Source: an uncultured Verrucomicrobiota bacterium
Lineage (GTDB): Bacteria; Verrucomicrobiota; Verrucomicrobiia; Opitutales; UBA9783
DNA length: 64,000 bases
Direction of reading: 5' to 3'
Assembly: GCA_946186275.1 (NCBI GenBank)
Contig: CAMHMO010000001.1
Span: 10,511-74,510, forward strand
Shown here: in pieces, positions 1 to 10,711 of the stretch
Layout: each line of letters opens with the position of its first letter
Numbering within the stretch: the first letter of the stretch is position 1
Made by a program: the position numbers and the translations under genes
Notes under the pieces: generated by a model
Seen by the model: only the letters and a program-made list of their open reading frames with translations
Told to the model about the DNA's origin: nothing
Databases searched by the model: none

Positions 1-136
1 TTGTGAGTGCCAAAAAGGCATTTTTTGATGAATTTTTTTCAAAAATGTTCGCTTCGGTTTTTTTTGATAAATTGTGAACGTATATCTCTTTGTATGACGG
101 TGCGATATCAATAAAGATGCAACATGTTGTTGATTT

Positions 137-1207
137 TCACCCGTTCTTTAACAAAATTGCGTCGGGATCGATACCGTTAAAGTGATAATTTAAAATGTTT
201 CTCAAAGTTTCTCTGAGGGAGGTTGTCGGTTCCCAACCGAGTTTTTCTTTTGCGGCTTGAACGGACGGCACGCGGCGTGCAATGTCCTGATAACCTTTAC
301 CGTAGTAATCATCCGCCGAGACGGTTTCGATTTTTACGGCATCCGCAAGTTCGGCATCGAATTCATGCAGTACTTCCTTTAAAATCTCCGCGAGTTCGGC
401 GACGGAATAATTTTCGTTCGGATTGCCGATGTTGAAAATTTCCTTATCCGCACAGTTGTTTTTATTCTCGATAATGCGCAACAGACAACCGATACCATCG
501 TCAATGTAGGTAAAACAGCGGCGACTGTTCCCGCCGTCCACCAATTGCAACGGTTGCCGATACAGAGCGTTGTGTAAAAATTGCGTCACAATGCGCGAAC
601 CGGCGTCGTTGCGAATATCATCCAGCTTCGCACCGATGAAATTAAACGGTCGGAAGAGGGTATAACGGAGATTTTTTTCGAAACCGTACGCATAAATTAA
701 ACGATCCATCAGTTGCTTACAGCAGGAATAGATCCAGCGCTGTTTATCGATTGGACCGAGGATGAAGGTTGTTGCTTTTTCCTCAAACGCCTCGTCGGTT
801 GCCATGCCGTAGACTTCGGAAGTGGACGGAAAAACAACGCGCTTATCGTATTCCGCGCACCAACGAATAACCCTTAAATTGGCTTCGAAATCCAACTCAA
901 AGACGCTGAGCGGCTTCGTGACATAAAGCTCGGGCGTTGCGATCGCGACCAGCGGGAGGATGATGTCGCATTTTTTTACGAGATAACGAATATCATCATG
1001 ATGGATGAGCAGATCGCGTTCGTAAAAATGAAACCTTGAATGTCCGAGGCAAGGCGTCAGTTTGTGCGTTGCCAAATCGACGGCATACACGTCATGTTGC
1101 GTTTTCGCCAACAAATGCGCACACAGGGTACTCCCGATAAAGCCGTTTGCACCGAGGATGAGAATGTTTTTGCGTTCATCCGAAGCTGTCATTTTTTTAC
1201 AAAGCAC
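137..1207 (-). CDS. NAD-dependent UDP-glucuronate oxidase/decarboxylase, stand-alone ArnA C-terminal-domain type
   Basis: GANGFIG Rossmann motif, [22 protein letters not shown] (YxxxK) and FRPFNFIG match the ArnA decarboxylase domain; no formyltransferase domain. Confidence 0.85.
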   Translation of the reverse strand: MLCKKMTASDERKNILILGANGFIGSTLCAHLLAKTQHDVYAVDLATHKLTPCLGHSRFHFYERDLLIHHDDIRYLVKKCDIILPLVAIATPELYVTKPLSVFELDFEANLRVIRWCAEYDKRVVFPSTSEVYGMATDEAFEEKATTFILGPIDKQRWIYSCCKQLMDRLIYAYGFEKNLRYTLFRPFNFIGAKLDDIRNDAGSRIVTQFLHNALYRQPLQLVDGGNSRRCFTYIDDGIGCLLRIIENKNNCADKEIFNIGNPNENYSVAELAEILKEVLHEFDAELADAVKIETVSADDYYGKGYQDIARRVPSVQAAKEKLGWEPTTSLRETLRNILNYHFNGIDPDAILLKNG

Positions 1208-1225
1208 CGCTTTTTTTATATTGCA

Positions 1226-1313
1226 TGGCGGAAGGAGAGGGATTCGAACCCCCGAAACCTTTCGGTTTAACGGTTTTCAAGACCGCCGCGATCGACCGCT
1301 CCGCCATCCTTCC
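1226..1313 (-). tRNA. tRNA-Ser(TGA)
   Basis: Reverse complement GGAAGGATGGCGGAGCGG...GTCTTGAAAAC...GTTCGAATC...TCCTTCCGCCA; acceptor stem, long variable arm, encoded CCA. Confidence 0.95.
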
Positions 1314-1814
1314 GTGGCTTTATTTCGCGGAAAAACGGTGCAGACGTCAAGTCAAAGGCGGAAACATCGGGAGCATGGTCGCGTTGAAAACAAGTTTAAA
1401 ACGGTACCAAACGAACTGAACGATGCGGAGAACCTTATGAGAGGTTAGGGCAAAACGGTAATTCGCCTTGGTGCTGTTATGTTTGCATCGATTTTAAGGG
1501 CGCAACGTCCCGAATGACGAATCGAACGCAACAAGCGCAAAATCGTTCCTAGAAGCGCAACCGCCGCGACGGTATCCTGCAAAAATTTGATGCGGTTAAG
1601 GGAAATCAAAACAGTTTATTCTTGTTCCTTCTCTTCGATTTTTCAATCACTTCATTTGCGTCGACCCCTCCGAATTTAAGACTACGGAGCACGCCGAACG
1701 ACGTGTTCGAACGACAAAAAATGCAAACCGCATGCGAGATTTGAAAAAACACAACCACGCAACAACGTTTCGTAAAATTCGGCACGATCGATGAACACCG
1801 AAACCGACTTGTTT

Positions 1815-2276
1815 CTATTCTTCCTTTTGAAGTGCCTGCCGCTTCATTTTGTCCAACTTAGCTTCCTCCAATTCCAGGCGTTTTTTCTCCAACTGCAGGC
1901 GTTTTTTTTCGTTTTCAATCTCCAGTGTTTCCCGCTCCAGCCTCTTTCGCCTGACTTCGGCGCGCGCCCGTTCCAATTCATCTTCGGAACGGTAGGACGA
2001 AGGCACTTCCTCGACGGTTCTGCGTCGTTTGGACGTTCGGGGCTCTTCATCTTCGTTGTTGGTTGCAACGCCGACCGCTCCGCCGGCAATGCCACCCAAC
2101 GCCGCTCCCGCGAGTGCACCGCCCGCTCCGCCGTCAATGGCGTATCCGATGCCCGCGCCGACGGCGGAACCCAGTCCGACGCCCGTCAATCCCGATTCCG
2201 TCTTACTGCAACCGCCTGCTAACAAAAAAAGGCAAGGGATGAATGTTTGTGAAAGTAATTCTGACGAAAATTTCAT
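1815..2276 (-). CDS. Glycine-zipper lipoprotein with a C-terminal charged coiled coil
   Basis: Probable start MKFSSELL (2276); lipobox-like FLLAGGC; GxxxG zipper GVGLGSAVGAGIG...GALAGAALGGIAGGAVG; E/K/R-rich helical tail. Confidence 0.7.
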   Translation of the reverse strand: MKFSSELLSQTFIPCLFLLAGGCSKTESGLTGVGLGSAVGAGIGYAIDGGAGGALAGAALGGIAGGAVGVATNNEDEEPRTSKRRRTVEEVPSSYRSEDELERARAEVRRKRLERETLEIENEKKRLQLEKKRLELEEAKLDKMKRQALQKEE

Positions 2277-2595
2277 ATCTTCTCTCATTCTGGAAAATAC
2301 AGTGCCTGCCGTCAAATTAAAACCCGTCCGATGCCAAAGAGAATGCGGGCGGATGTGAGGGATTTTTGTCTGCTTCAATATGCTTTGTCTGCGTTAATAT
2401 GTCCGCATCATAAATCGCAATGCAGATGTACTTCGGAGCAGTTTTTAAATTTTGGTGATTTTTTTCAAACGGCGGTCGGTTCGTACCGTATTGTATGCAA
2501 AAGTTGTGCGTACGGATTGGGCGCGAAGGCGGTGCGTGTGCGACAGCCAATTTGCTCCTCGCTTTCTTCTTTAATCTTCTTGCAAAGCACGACGA

Positions 2596-3273
2596 TTAAA
2601 ACGAAACGGCGTAGCGGTTGTTGTTGGCGTCCGAGAAGAAGATTTTTTTGTCGACCGGGTCAATGTCGCTCCATCGAATGCGGTATTCGGGAGAGACGAT
2701 GTCGTTCAGGTGGAAAATTTTGTCGTTAAACGACAGGTGACTTTCGAAATTTTTGTAGGTGATATCCCGAATGTGCTGCGCCTGCAACCACTTGTAGACG
2801 AATTTTGTATCGTTCGGAAGCGCGAAGGCACCGTATTTGGGAGCGACGGTTTTTGACCGATCGTTAAATAGAACGTTTTTGCGATAGGAAAACTCCTGTC
2901 CCGTTTGACTTTCGATGAAATTTTCTTCCGACGTATCAAAAGCATCGCGGATGGCATCATTTTTTAAGTCCGCCAGTCGAAAGGGCTGTTTGGGAATGTT
3001 AAGCGTGAGATAGGGCGAGATGTTGAGTGGTTTTTGGACGGCTTCGGGCGCTTGATTTTGCGGCTTTTCGGATCGCTGTTGAAACGCCAGGCATCCGATA
3101 ATGAAGAACAAGATAACGGCGCACAGCCATACGGAGGAGCCGCATGATTTCTTCCCGTCGGTATCGCAGGCGTTTCCGTAATCTTCCAAAGCTTCCGTCA
3201 GTGGCAATGTGCGCTTTGGGTGCGTTTCACGGATCTCGTGAAATTCGTTTTCGGTGTTTTTGTTCGGGTTCAT
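2596..3273 (-). CDS. Hypothetical single-pass membrane protein; C-terminus loosely GspB/T2SSB-like
   Basis: One hydrophobic segment (VWLCAVILFFIIGCLAF) and a beta-rich C-terminus; family call is weak. Confidence 0.55.
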   Translation of the reverse strand: MNPNKNTENEFHEIRETHPKRTLPLTEALEDYGNACDTDGKKSCGSSVWLCAVILFFIIGCLAFQQRSEKPQNQAPEAVQKPLNISPYLTLNIPKQPFRLADLKNDAIRDAFDTSEENFIESQTGQEFSYRKNVLFNDRSKTVAPKYGAFALPNDTKFVYKWLQAQHIRDITYKNFESHLSFNDKIFHLNDIVSPEYRIRWSDIDPVDKKIFFSDANNNRYAVSF

Positions 3274-3539
3274 TGCGAAAAATTCTGTTTTATTTCCGGA
3301 TGGCAAGCGACAACTTCGGAGATTGTCTTTGCAAGCGGTTTTGATACGTATATCGGATAAATTTTGCGTTTTATTCGAACCTTTCCGTTAAGCCGAACGG
3401 AGGCGTTTTTTTAGGCGATGATGCCTGCATGAACAGATCGGAACGGACGGTTCATGTACGTACTTCTCTAATTTAACCTTGCCGTTGCGGGTGGTTGCGA
3501 CGGAGAATATAACTGTCTGTGGTTGTGTCTTAATACTTC

Positions 3540-3875
3540 ATGCGTTTCCTCAAAACATTCCTCAGACGACTTCCGGTGCCGTTGTTGGCGGCATACGTAG
3601 TTTATGCTCTTTGGGGACGTCGTTTCCTCGATGCGTGGCGTTATCACCGAGCCGTTCGCGCGCAACGGGAGCATTTGGAGATCGACGTCAAACGGTACCG
3701 CCTGCAGGTGGCGAAAAAGCGCTATTTTATCCGAAAATTAATGGCTGATGCCGATTTTCGCAAGCAGGTGCTTCGCGAACAAATCGGTTACGTCGGTGAA
3801 GACGAGTATGTGATTTACTTTCGGGAAGAAGGTGAACATGTGTCGAATACGGAGAAAAATGCGAAAAATTTTTAA
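3540..3875 (+). CDS. Septum formation initiator (FtsB/DivIC family)
   Basis: N-terminal TM, coiled coil, then LREQIGYVGEDEYVIYF matching the DivIC motif. Confidence 0.65.
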   Translation: MRFLKTFLRRLPVPLLAAYVVYALWGRRFLDAWRYHRAVRAQREHLEIDVKRYRLQVAKKRYFIRKLMADADFRKQVLREQIGYVGEDEYVIYFREEGEHVSNTEKNAKNF

Positions 3876-3921
3876 AAACGGCTTGTGTTTGTGCGAAAAA
3901 CCGTTTTTTATGGGAGCGTTG

Positions 3922-3935
3922 TTAACCCTTAACCC
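3922..3935 (+). promoter_or_regulatory. TTAACCCTTAACCC motif in the rpsB leader (identical copy in the rpsA leader)
   Basis: Exact 14-mer ending 38 nt before the rpsB ATG; function unknown. Confidence 0.35.
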
Positions 3936-3973
3936 CTGTTATCCCAGGTTCTGAAGAAGAATACGGAGTTTTT

Positions 3974-4969
3974 ATGGAATTGGATTACGAAACGATGTTT
4001 GAAGCCGGTGTCCATATCGGGCATCAAGTGAAGCGCTGGAATCCGAAGTTCGGATCGTACTTATACAAGCATATTCACGACATTTCCGTCATTGATTTGG
4101 AAAAGACGCGTGCGTGTTTGGAGAAGGCGGCGGCGTTTTTGATGGAGCAAATCAAAGACGGTGCGACGGTGTTGTTGGTGGGAACGAAGCCGCAATCGCA
4201 GGAGTTAATCCGCGAGTTGGGGCAGGCGACGGGGATGCCGTTTTGCGCCAATCGCTGGCTGGGCGGCTGTTTGACGAATTTCAAGACCGTCAAGGCAAGT
4301 CTGGCGAAATATAAGCGTTTTCTGGCGATGGAGGAGTCGGGCGAACTGGACAAGATGTTTAAAAAGGAGAGCTCGGTTATTCGTCGCGAGATGGTGCGCA
4401 TGCATCGCGGTTTCGAAGGGTTGCTGGAGTTGAATGCCTGTCCGAACGTTTTGTTTGCGGTGGATGCGATGAAGGAAGCGATTGCCCTTCGCGAAGCACG
4501 CCGCCTGCAAATTCCGACCGTCGGTATTGTGGATACCAATTCCGATCCGTCGTTGTTGGATTATCCGATTCCGGCGAACGACGATTCGGTGAAGGCGTTG
4601 CGTGTGTTGTTTGATTATTTACGGGAGGCGATGGAGCAGGGCGTCGAACTGGCGAAACTGAATAAAGTGCATAAGTTCGTGCCGACGGATGTCGTGTCGT
4701 CTTCAAAGGCGAAAAGTTGGATGCGGCAACGCCCGCCTTTCGGTTCGCGACCGAACGGTTTCGATAAAAAGGACGGTCGTAAAGGCGCGGGTGACGGAAA
4801 GCGCGCGGGAATAAGCGGCGAAAAAAGGACGGATAAGGCTTCGGAAGCCAAAAAAACAACAGAACCCGTAAAGAAGGAAGCTTCGACCGCAACGGAGAAG
4901 CCGAAAATTGAGGCAAAGGTGGTTGAGAGTTTATCGGAGGCATCGGTTGCATCGAAGGGGGAACAATAA
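3974..4969 (+). CDS. rpsB: 30S ribosomal protein S2 with a long charged C-terminal extension
   Basis: [41 protein letters not shown]. Confidence 0.97.
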   Translation: MELDYETMFEAGVHIGHQVKRWNPKFGSYLYKHIHDISVIDLEKTRACLEKAAAFLMEQIKDGATVLLVGTKPQSQELIRELGQATGMPFCANRWLGGCLTNFKTVKASLAKYKRFLAMEESGELDKMFKKESSVIRREMVRMHRGFEGLLELNACPNVLFAVDAMKEAIALREARRLQIPTVGIVDTNSDPSLLDYPIPANDDSVKALRVLFDYLREAMEQGVELAKLNKVHKFVPTDVVSSSKAKSWMRQRPPFGSRPNGFDKKDGRKGAGDGKRAGISGEKRTDKASEAKKTTEPVKKEASTATEKPKIEAKVVESLSEASVASKGEQ

Positions 4970-5559
4970 TGGCGGAAGTGACAAGTCAGATGGTAGCGGC
5001 TCTGCGCGAAAAAACGGGCGCGGGGTTCATGGATTGCAAAAAGGCGCTGGTTGAGAGCAATGGCGTTGAAGCCGAAGCGATTGAGCTTTTACGCAAAAAA
5101 GGCGTTGCGAGTGCCGCCAAAAAAGCGGGGCGCAGTGCGCAGGAAGGTGTCATTCATTCGTACATTCACGGCGGCGGCAAATTGGGCGTCCTGGTGGAAG
5201 TTAACTGTGAAACGGACTTTGTGGCGCGCAATGAGGAGTTTAAGCAGATGGTGACGGATATCGCGATGCAGGTTGCGGCGGCGAATCCTCTTTATCTGAC
5301 GCAGGAAGACGTTCCCGAGGCGATGATTGCAAAAGAAGCGGATATCGCGAAAGCGCAGTGCGTCGGCAAACCCGAGGCGGCGATTGCGAAGATCGTGGAA
5401 GGGAAATTGAAAAAGTGGTTTGGCGAAATTTGTTTGCTCGAGCAGCCGTTTGTAAAAGATACCTCAAAGACTATTCGTGATTTGGTGACCGAGAAAATCG
5501 CAAAAATGGGTGAAAACATCGTCATTAAACGCTTCGTAAGGTTTCAGCTTGGCGAGTAG
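4969..5559 (+). CDS. tsf: Elongation factor Ts (short 196-aa form)
   Basis: [26 protein letters not shown]; follows rpsB. Confidence 0.97.
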   Translation: MAEVTSQMVAALREKTGAGFMDCKKALVESNGVEAEAIELLRKKGVASAAKKAGRSAQEGVIHSYIHGGGKLGVLVEVNCETDFVARNEEFKQMVTDIAMQVAAANPLYLTQEDVPEAMIAKEADIAKAQCVGKPEAAIAKIVEGKLKKWFGEICLLEQPFVKDTSKTIRDLVTEKIAKMGENIVIKRFVRFQLGE

Positions 5560-5713
5560 AGGTGTTCCCCAAGACTGGGTGCGTTGAGCGAAAGGTGGCA
5601 TTCTTTTGATGCACATGCAGGTTTCGCCTTGAAGCGGATGGGGTTCGCTTGGGCGTTGTTTTGTCGGATGGGAGCGGGTGTTTCGGGTAAATTAACGAAC
5701 GAAAGGTTTTTTT

Positions 5714-6991
5714 ATGACAACAAGCGACCATGCACCTTTACCGTTGCTTCCGGTTCAATCGCTGGAGTTATTGGATCCCGAAATTGCCGAATGTATCCGA
5801 TTTGAAAAACGTCGACAAAACGACGGATTGGAGCTGATTGCATCGGAAAATTTTACTCTTCCCGCCGTGATGGAAGCGGTCGGAAGCATTCTGACCAACA
5901 AATACGCGGAAGGGTATCCCGGGAAGCGTTACTACGGCGGTTGCGGTTGCGTGGATCGGGTGGAGCAGCTGGCGATCGATCGCGCCAAACAACTGTTCGG
6001 TGCGGAACATGCCAATGTGCAGCCGCATTCGGGAACGCAAGCGAATGTTGCCGTTTATCTGTCGGTTTTAAAACCCGGCGATAAATTGTTAACAATGCGA
6101 TTGGATTGCGGCGGGCATTTATCGCACGGTTACGAAAAAAACATCAGCGGAATGCTGTTTCGGGTCGTGCATTACGGCGTCAATATCGCGACGGGATACA
6201 TCGATTATGATGAGCTGGAAGAAGTTGCCGTGCGCGAAAAGCCGAACATGATTACCGTCGGCGCATCGGCATACCCGCGTATCATTGACTTTGAACGCAT
6301 GGGAGCGATTGCAAAAAAATGCGGTGCGTATTTAATGGCGGATATCGCTCACATTGCGGGATTGGTGGCGACAGGGTTGCACCCGTCTCCCGTTCCGTAT
6401 GCGGATTTTGTTACTACCACCACGCACAAAACGCTCCGCGGACCGCGCGGCGGTTTAATTCTTTGCAAAGAACGTTACGCGAAGGCGGTCGATTCGACGG
6501 TGTTCCCGGGAACGCAGGGCGGACCGTTGATGCATGTGATTGCCGGGAAGGCGGTTTGTTTCAAACAGGCGTTGCAACCTTCTTTTAAGCGCTACCAACA
6601 GCAAATCATCGATAATACGCGCTATTTGGCGTCTTGTTTGGAACAAAAAGGTTACACATTGGTCAGCGGCGGAACGGACAATCACTTGTTCTTGGTTGAT
6701 TTGCGACCGTCGCATCCGAATTTAACCGGCAAACAGGCACAGGAATTGCTGGAAGCGAACGGTATTACCGTGAACCGCAATACGATTCCCGGCGAAACGC
6801 GCAGCCCGTTCCAAACAAGCGGTTTGCGTATCGGAACGGCGGCGGTTACTTCGCGCGGTATGGGTTTGGATGAGATGGAGGTTGTTGCCGATTTAATTCA
6901 TCAAACGCTTTCGGAACAACGCGCGGGTGGTAATTCGGAAATTCGAGAGAAAGTGAAGAGATTGTGCGAGGCGCATCCGTTGCCGTATTGA
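5714..6991 (+). CDS. glyA: Serine hydroxymethyltransferase
   Basis: [35 protein letters not shown]. Confidence 0.97.
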   Translation: MTTSDHAPLPLLPVQSLELLDPEIAECIRFEKRRQNDGLELIASENFTLPAVMEAVGSILTNKYAEGYPGKRYYGGCGCVDRVEQLAIDRAKQLFGAEHANVQPHSGTQANVAVYLSVLKPGDKLLTMRLDCGGHLSHGYEKNISGMLFRVVHYGVNIATGYIDYDELEEVAVREKPNMITVGASAYPRIIDFERMGAIAKKCGAYLMADIAHIAGLVATGLHPSPVPYADFVTTTTHKTLRGPRGGLILCKERYAKAVDSTVFPGTQGGPLMHVIAGKAVCFKQALQPSFKRYQQQIIDNTRYLASCLEQKGYTLVSGGTDNHLFLVDLRPSHPNLTGKQAQELLEANGITVNRNTIPGETRSPFQTSGLRIGTAAVTSRGMGLDEMEVVADLIHQTLSEQRAGGNSEIREKVKRLCEAHPLPY

Positions 6992-7299
6992 ACGGAGAGG
7001 TCGGCTGTTGTTGAAAAGTTGTGTTCGTGTTCACTCTGAGAGGCAAGGGAGTGTGTGACTTAGTGGAGTATTTGCGGCGATTGTTGAGTTTATGGAGAGA
7101 TAAGCAGGTATATCGACAAAATAACAATGTACTCCGAGTGTTGATAAAAGTCCCGTCTGCGGATGTGTTTATCGATGGTTTTTATGTAATTTGATGCAAA
7201 TTTTCGGATTATTTTTGGAATTTTCCATGCCTGCATGCAGAGCACATGATCTTTTTTGGCAGATGCGGTAAAATCCCTAAATATCTCAATTGACTGTCT

Positions 7300-9096
7300 C
7301 TACTCTGTTGTCGACTTCAAAATATTCACAAACGTTTCCTGCGGGATGGAGACGCGACCGATTTGTTTCATGCGCTTTTTGCCTTCTTTCTGCTTTTCAA
7401 GCAGTTTGCGCTTGCGCGTAATGTCGCCGCCGTAACATTTGGCGGTGACGTCTTTGCGGTAGGCGCTGAGGGTTTCGCGCGCGACGACTTTTCCCCAAAC
7501 GGCGGCTTGAATGGGGACTTTAAACATCTGCTTCGGCAACAGATTCTTGAGGCGTTCGCACAAAACGCGCCCCTGTGCTTCCGCTTTGGTTCGATGTACG
7601 ATGCTCGAAAACGCATCGACCGGCTCCGAATTGACCAAAATATCCATTTTAACCAAATCCGAGCGTACGTAATCGCTCAGTTCGTAGTCCATGGAACCGT
7701 AGCCCTTGGTTAAACTTTTCAGGCGGTCGTTGAAGTCGAGGAGAATTTCGTTCAGGGGCAAAACACACGTCAACATGAGACGTTGTTCGTCCAGGGTTTC
7801 CGTGGAAAGGCATTCGCCACGCTTTTCGCGGATGAGCTCCAAAATACAGCCGACGGCATCGTTCGGGATATGAATGGAAGCTTTAATGGTCGGTTCTTCG
7901 ATGTATTGGATGTGCGACGGCTCCGGCAGACGCAACGGATTATCGACGTTGATTTGCGTGCCGTCGGTTAAATGAACGTGATAAACAACGCTCGGATAAG
8001 TGGCGATTAAATCCAAATCATATTCGCGTCGCAGGCGTTCCTGGATGATTTCCATGTGCAACAACCCGAGGAAGCCGCAACGGAAGCCGAAGCCCAACGC
8101 CGTCGAATTTTCCGACTGAAACGTCAATGAGGCATCGTTGAGCTGAAGTTTAAAAAGACCCGTTTTCAGGCGTTCGTAGTCGGCGGTATCGAGCGGATAG
8201 AGACCGCTGAACACCATCGGCTTGATTTCTTTGTAGCCCGGGAGCGGTTCGGCGGCGGGATTTTGCGCGAGCGTTAACGTATCGCCGATTTTAATATCGG
8301 TGAGAGTTTTTAAATTCGTGATAATATAACCGACTTCGCCCGTTGCAAGCTGTTCCGTCGGTTGCATGCGCGGCGTAAAAATACCGAGTTCTTTTGCCTG
8401 CAAATGCGTTTCATGGCGCATCATCATCAACGCCTGACCCGCTTTTAGCGTGCCGTTGAAGATACGAACATAGCAGATAAGCCCCTTGTAGGTATCGTAG
8501 ACGGCATCGAAAATCAACGCCTGCAAGGGTGCATCGGCGTTGCCGTTCGGTGCCGGGATGCGCCGAACAACCTCATTGAGAAGCTCCGGGACGCCGAGAC
8601 CCGTTTTACCGCTGACGTTCAGCGTTTCTTCGGACGGGATTGCCAAAATATCTTCGAGTTGTTTTTTGACTTTTTCGACATTCGAACTCGGAAGATCGAC
8701 CTTATTGAGAACGGGAATAACAGTTAATTTCCCCTGTATCGCCAGCAAGGCGTTGGCAACCGTCTGCGCTTCAATGCCTTGTGAAGCGTCTACCAACAAA
8801 ATCGCGCCTTCGCATGCCGCCAGACTGCGCGAGACTTCATAGGAAAAATCGACATGCCCGGGAGTATCGATGAGATTGAAAGTGTAATCGACGCCTTCAA
8901 AAGGGTAGTGCATGGTGACCGGATGCGATTTGATGGTAATGCCCTTTTCGCGCTCCAAATCCATCGAATCCAGCAACTGATCCTGCATTTTGCGCTTTTC
9001 GACCGTTTGCGTCATTTCCAACAACCGATCCGACAGGGTTGTCTTCCCGTGGTCGACATGTGCAATAATGCAGAAGTTCCGAATGTGCCGTTGCAT
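7300..9096 (-). CDS. lepA: Elongation factor 4
   Basis: RNFCIIAHVDHGKTTL, DTPGHVDF, GFRCGFLGLLHMEI, KCYGGDITRKRKLLEKQKEGKKRMK. Confidence 0.98.
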   Translation of the reverse strand: MQRHIRNFCIIAHVDHGKTTLSDRLLEMTQTVEKRKMQDQLLDSMDLEREKGITIKSHPVTMHYPFEGVDYTFNLIDTPGHVDFSYEVSRSLAACEGAILLVDASQGIEAQTVANALLAIQGKLTVIPVLNKVDLPSSNVEKVKKQLEDILAIPSEETLNVSGKTGLGVPELLNEVVRRIPAPNGNADAPLQALIFDAVYDTYKGLICYVRIFNGTLKAGQALMMMRHETHLQAKELGIFTPRMQPTEQLATGEVGYIITNLKTLTDIKIGDTLTLAQNPAAEPLPGYKEIKPMVFSGLYPLDTADYERLKTGLFKLQLNDASLTFQSENSTALGFGFRCGFLGLLHMEIIQERLRREYDLDLIATYPSVVYHVHLTDGTQINVDNPLRLPEPSHIQYIEEPTIKASIHIPNDAVGCILELIREKRGECLSTETLDEQRLMLTCVLPLNEILLDFNDRLKSLTKGYGSMDYELSDYVRSDLVKMDILVNSEPVDAFSSIVHRTKAEAQGRVLCERLKNLLPKQMFKVPIQAAVWGKVVARETLSAYRKDVTAKCYGGDITRKRKLLEKQKEGKKRMKQIGRVSIPQETFVNILKSTTE

Positions 9097-9368
9097 GGCA
9101 AAAAGATGCCTTTATTCTCGGAAAGAAAGGAGGTATTGGCAATGTTTTGTTTTTGCGAATAAGGGAAACGAGTCGTACGGAAGTTCCGACGGCGATCTTA
9201 GAATGCGAAGCGTTTGTATGTAAAGACGAAGCTTCCCGTTCAAAAAAACACTTAAAAACAGCGCCTTTGTTGCTTTGTAATTACCGGAGCATCCGGGGCC
9301 GGCACGAAGAGAGTAGGGAAGAGCGTCATTGCGGCTTTTACGCTTGCCGCTGTATCCCTGGCGTTCCG

Positions 9369-10547
9369 TTACTCGATTTCTTCAAGGAGCTTCCGGCCAT
9401 CTTTTTCGCCGATGAGATTTGCGGGTTTCCACCAGTTGTGGTCACCGTACGTCTGCTCCGACGCGACAGGTTCCCATAGGGTATGCAACTTGTTTCGCAT
9501 ATCCGTCGATCTTTCTTTCATGCGATCGATAAAGGCAATTTCTTTTTCGATTTTGCCTTTAAGTTCATTGGGAAGCTTTTTTGCGGAACAATTGCCCGAC
9601 GGCAACGATTTGAAATGAGCTTTCTTTAAAGCCGCTTCCGCGATACTTACCATCAAGTCGCGTCGACAGCATATTTCTTCCGCCAGTCGATTGAAGCGAC
9701 CGACAAGCCGATATGTTTTATTGTCAATCGTTTTATTTTCGATATCACGTTTTATGCGTTCATACCGCAGGAAAGCTCGGAATACCTCTTCTCCGTAAAA
9801 AAGTGCGGCATCCGTTTCCGGAATTTCTTTATCAAAAAACAGAAACATACGGTGATACGTTTGGACTTTTTTGGAACATTTTCGGAGGCATTCCGCATAA
9901 CATTCCGCATACACATCGTTCGCCAATACGCCCGCCAGATCGCCGAAAAAATCAGGTGCTTTGTACCCGTCGGTCGTCTTTTGAAGAAGATTCTGTTCCT
10001 TATATCTTTCACATTGGTGTTCCGGAAGCTTGCGGATTTTCCAAAGACTTTTTACAAGTTTCAAAACTTTCAACTCCTTTGTTTTTTCTTCTTCCGCTTT
10101 CGAAGGGTCGGTGACGAACAGATCCGAAAGACAATCTCCACAAACACCCTCACAATGCTCGAGGAGGCGGAAAGTGGTAACGTTCTCACGCAATCCTGCC
10201 GATGCATCGTCGCAACGGTTCAGCCGTTTCGTCACTGAACTTATCAGTACAGAAGGAAACGTATCCAGCAAAGCGCAGGAAGTTTCAATGTCCTGTTGCA
10301 ATTCCGTATGGGATAGATCGCATTCTTTCACGCGCACATCAGACGATCCATTCATTTTTCTCACAACCTCATAACGGGGCACAAAACAGGTTTCGTACCT
10401 CTGATAGAGCGATTTGAGTGTTGCGACGATAACCTTTCGTGCATTTTCACGTCCCCGAGGACTGAGTTTCGGTATCGCGTATTCCGTTGTCGGCATGCCG
10501 ATCGCGACAATCGTTGCAATGAATATAAATTTAACGGAATGTCTCAT
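9369..10547 (-). CDS. Hypothetical exported Cys-rich helical protein (about 392 aa)
   Basis: Long ORF; signal-like N-terminus MRHSVKFIFIATIVAIG; no recognisable motif. Confidence 0.6.
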   Translation of the reverse strand: MRHSVKFIFIATIVAIGMPTTEYAIPKLSPRGRENARKVIVATLKSLYQRYETCFVPRYEVVRKMNGSSDVRVKECDLSHTELQQDIETSCALLDTFPSVLISSVTKRLNRCDDASAGLRENVTTFRLLEHCEGVCGDCLSDLFVTDPSKAEEEKTKELKVLKLVKSLWKIRKLPEHQCERYKEQNLLQKTTDGYKAPDFFGDLAGVLANDVYAECYAECLRKCSKKVQTYHRMFLFFDKEIPETDAALFYGEEVFRAFLRYERIKRDIENKTIDNKTYRLVGRFNRLAEEICCRRDLMVSIAEAALKKAHFKSLPSGNCSAKKLPNELKGKIEKEIAFIDRMKERSTDMRNKLHTLWEPVASEQTYGDHNWWKPANLIGEKDGRKLLEEIE

Positions 10548-10711
10548 AATTTCCTTTCTTTGGAAGAGACTGAGAAAAATTTCCGTGCTTTGCAAGTATT
10601 TTCTTAAATTGGTGCCAGCCGAAACACGGATTTTTGTTTAATTTTGTCCATTTTAACGTACTGCCCGAATTAAATGATATGTTTTAGTGAGAGAAATACT
10701 TTGCGTTTTCG

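Noticed and set aside
1320-1810. About 490-bp gap beside tRNA-Ser that could be an eroded gene or ncRNA
   Set aside because: Only short peptide-like stretches and no structure or motif I can support
5560-5713. Possible ZMP/ZTP riboswitch upstream of glyA (GACTGG and CGAAAGGTGG fragments)
   Set aside because: The fragments are not arranged as in the pfl consensus and I could not build the pairing stems; an Infernal search would be needed
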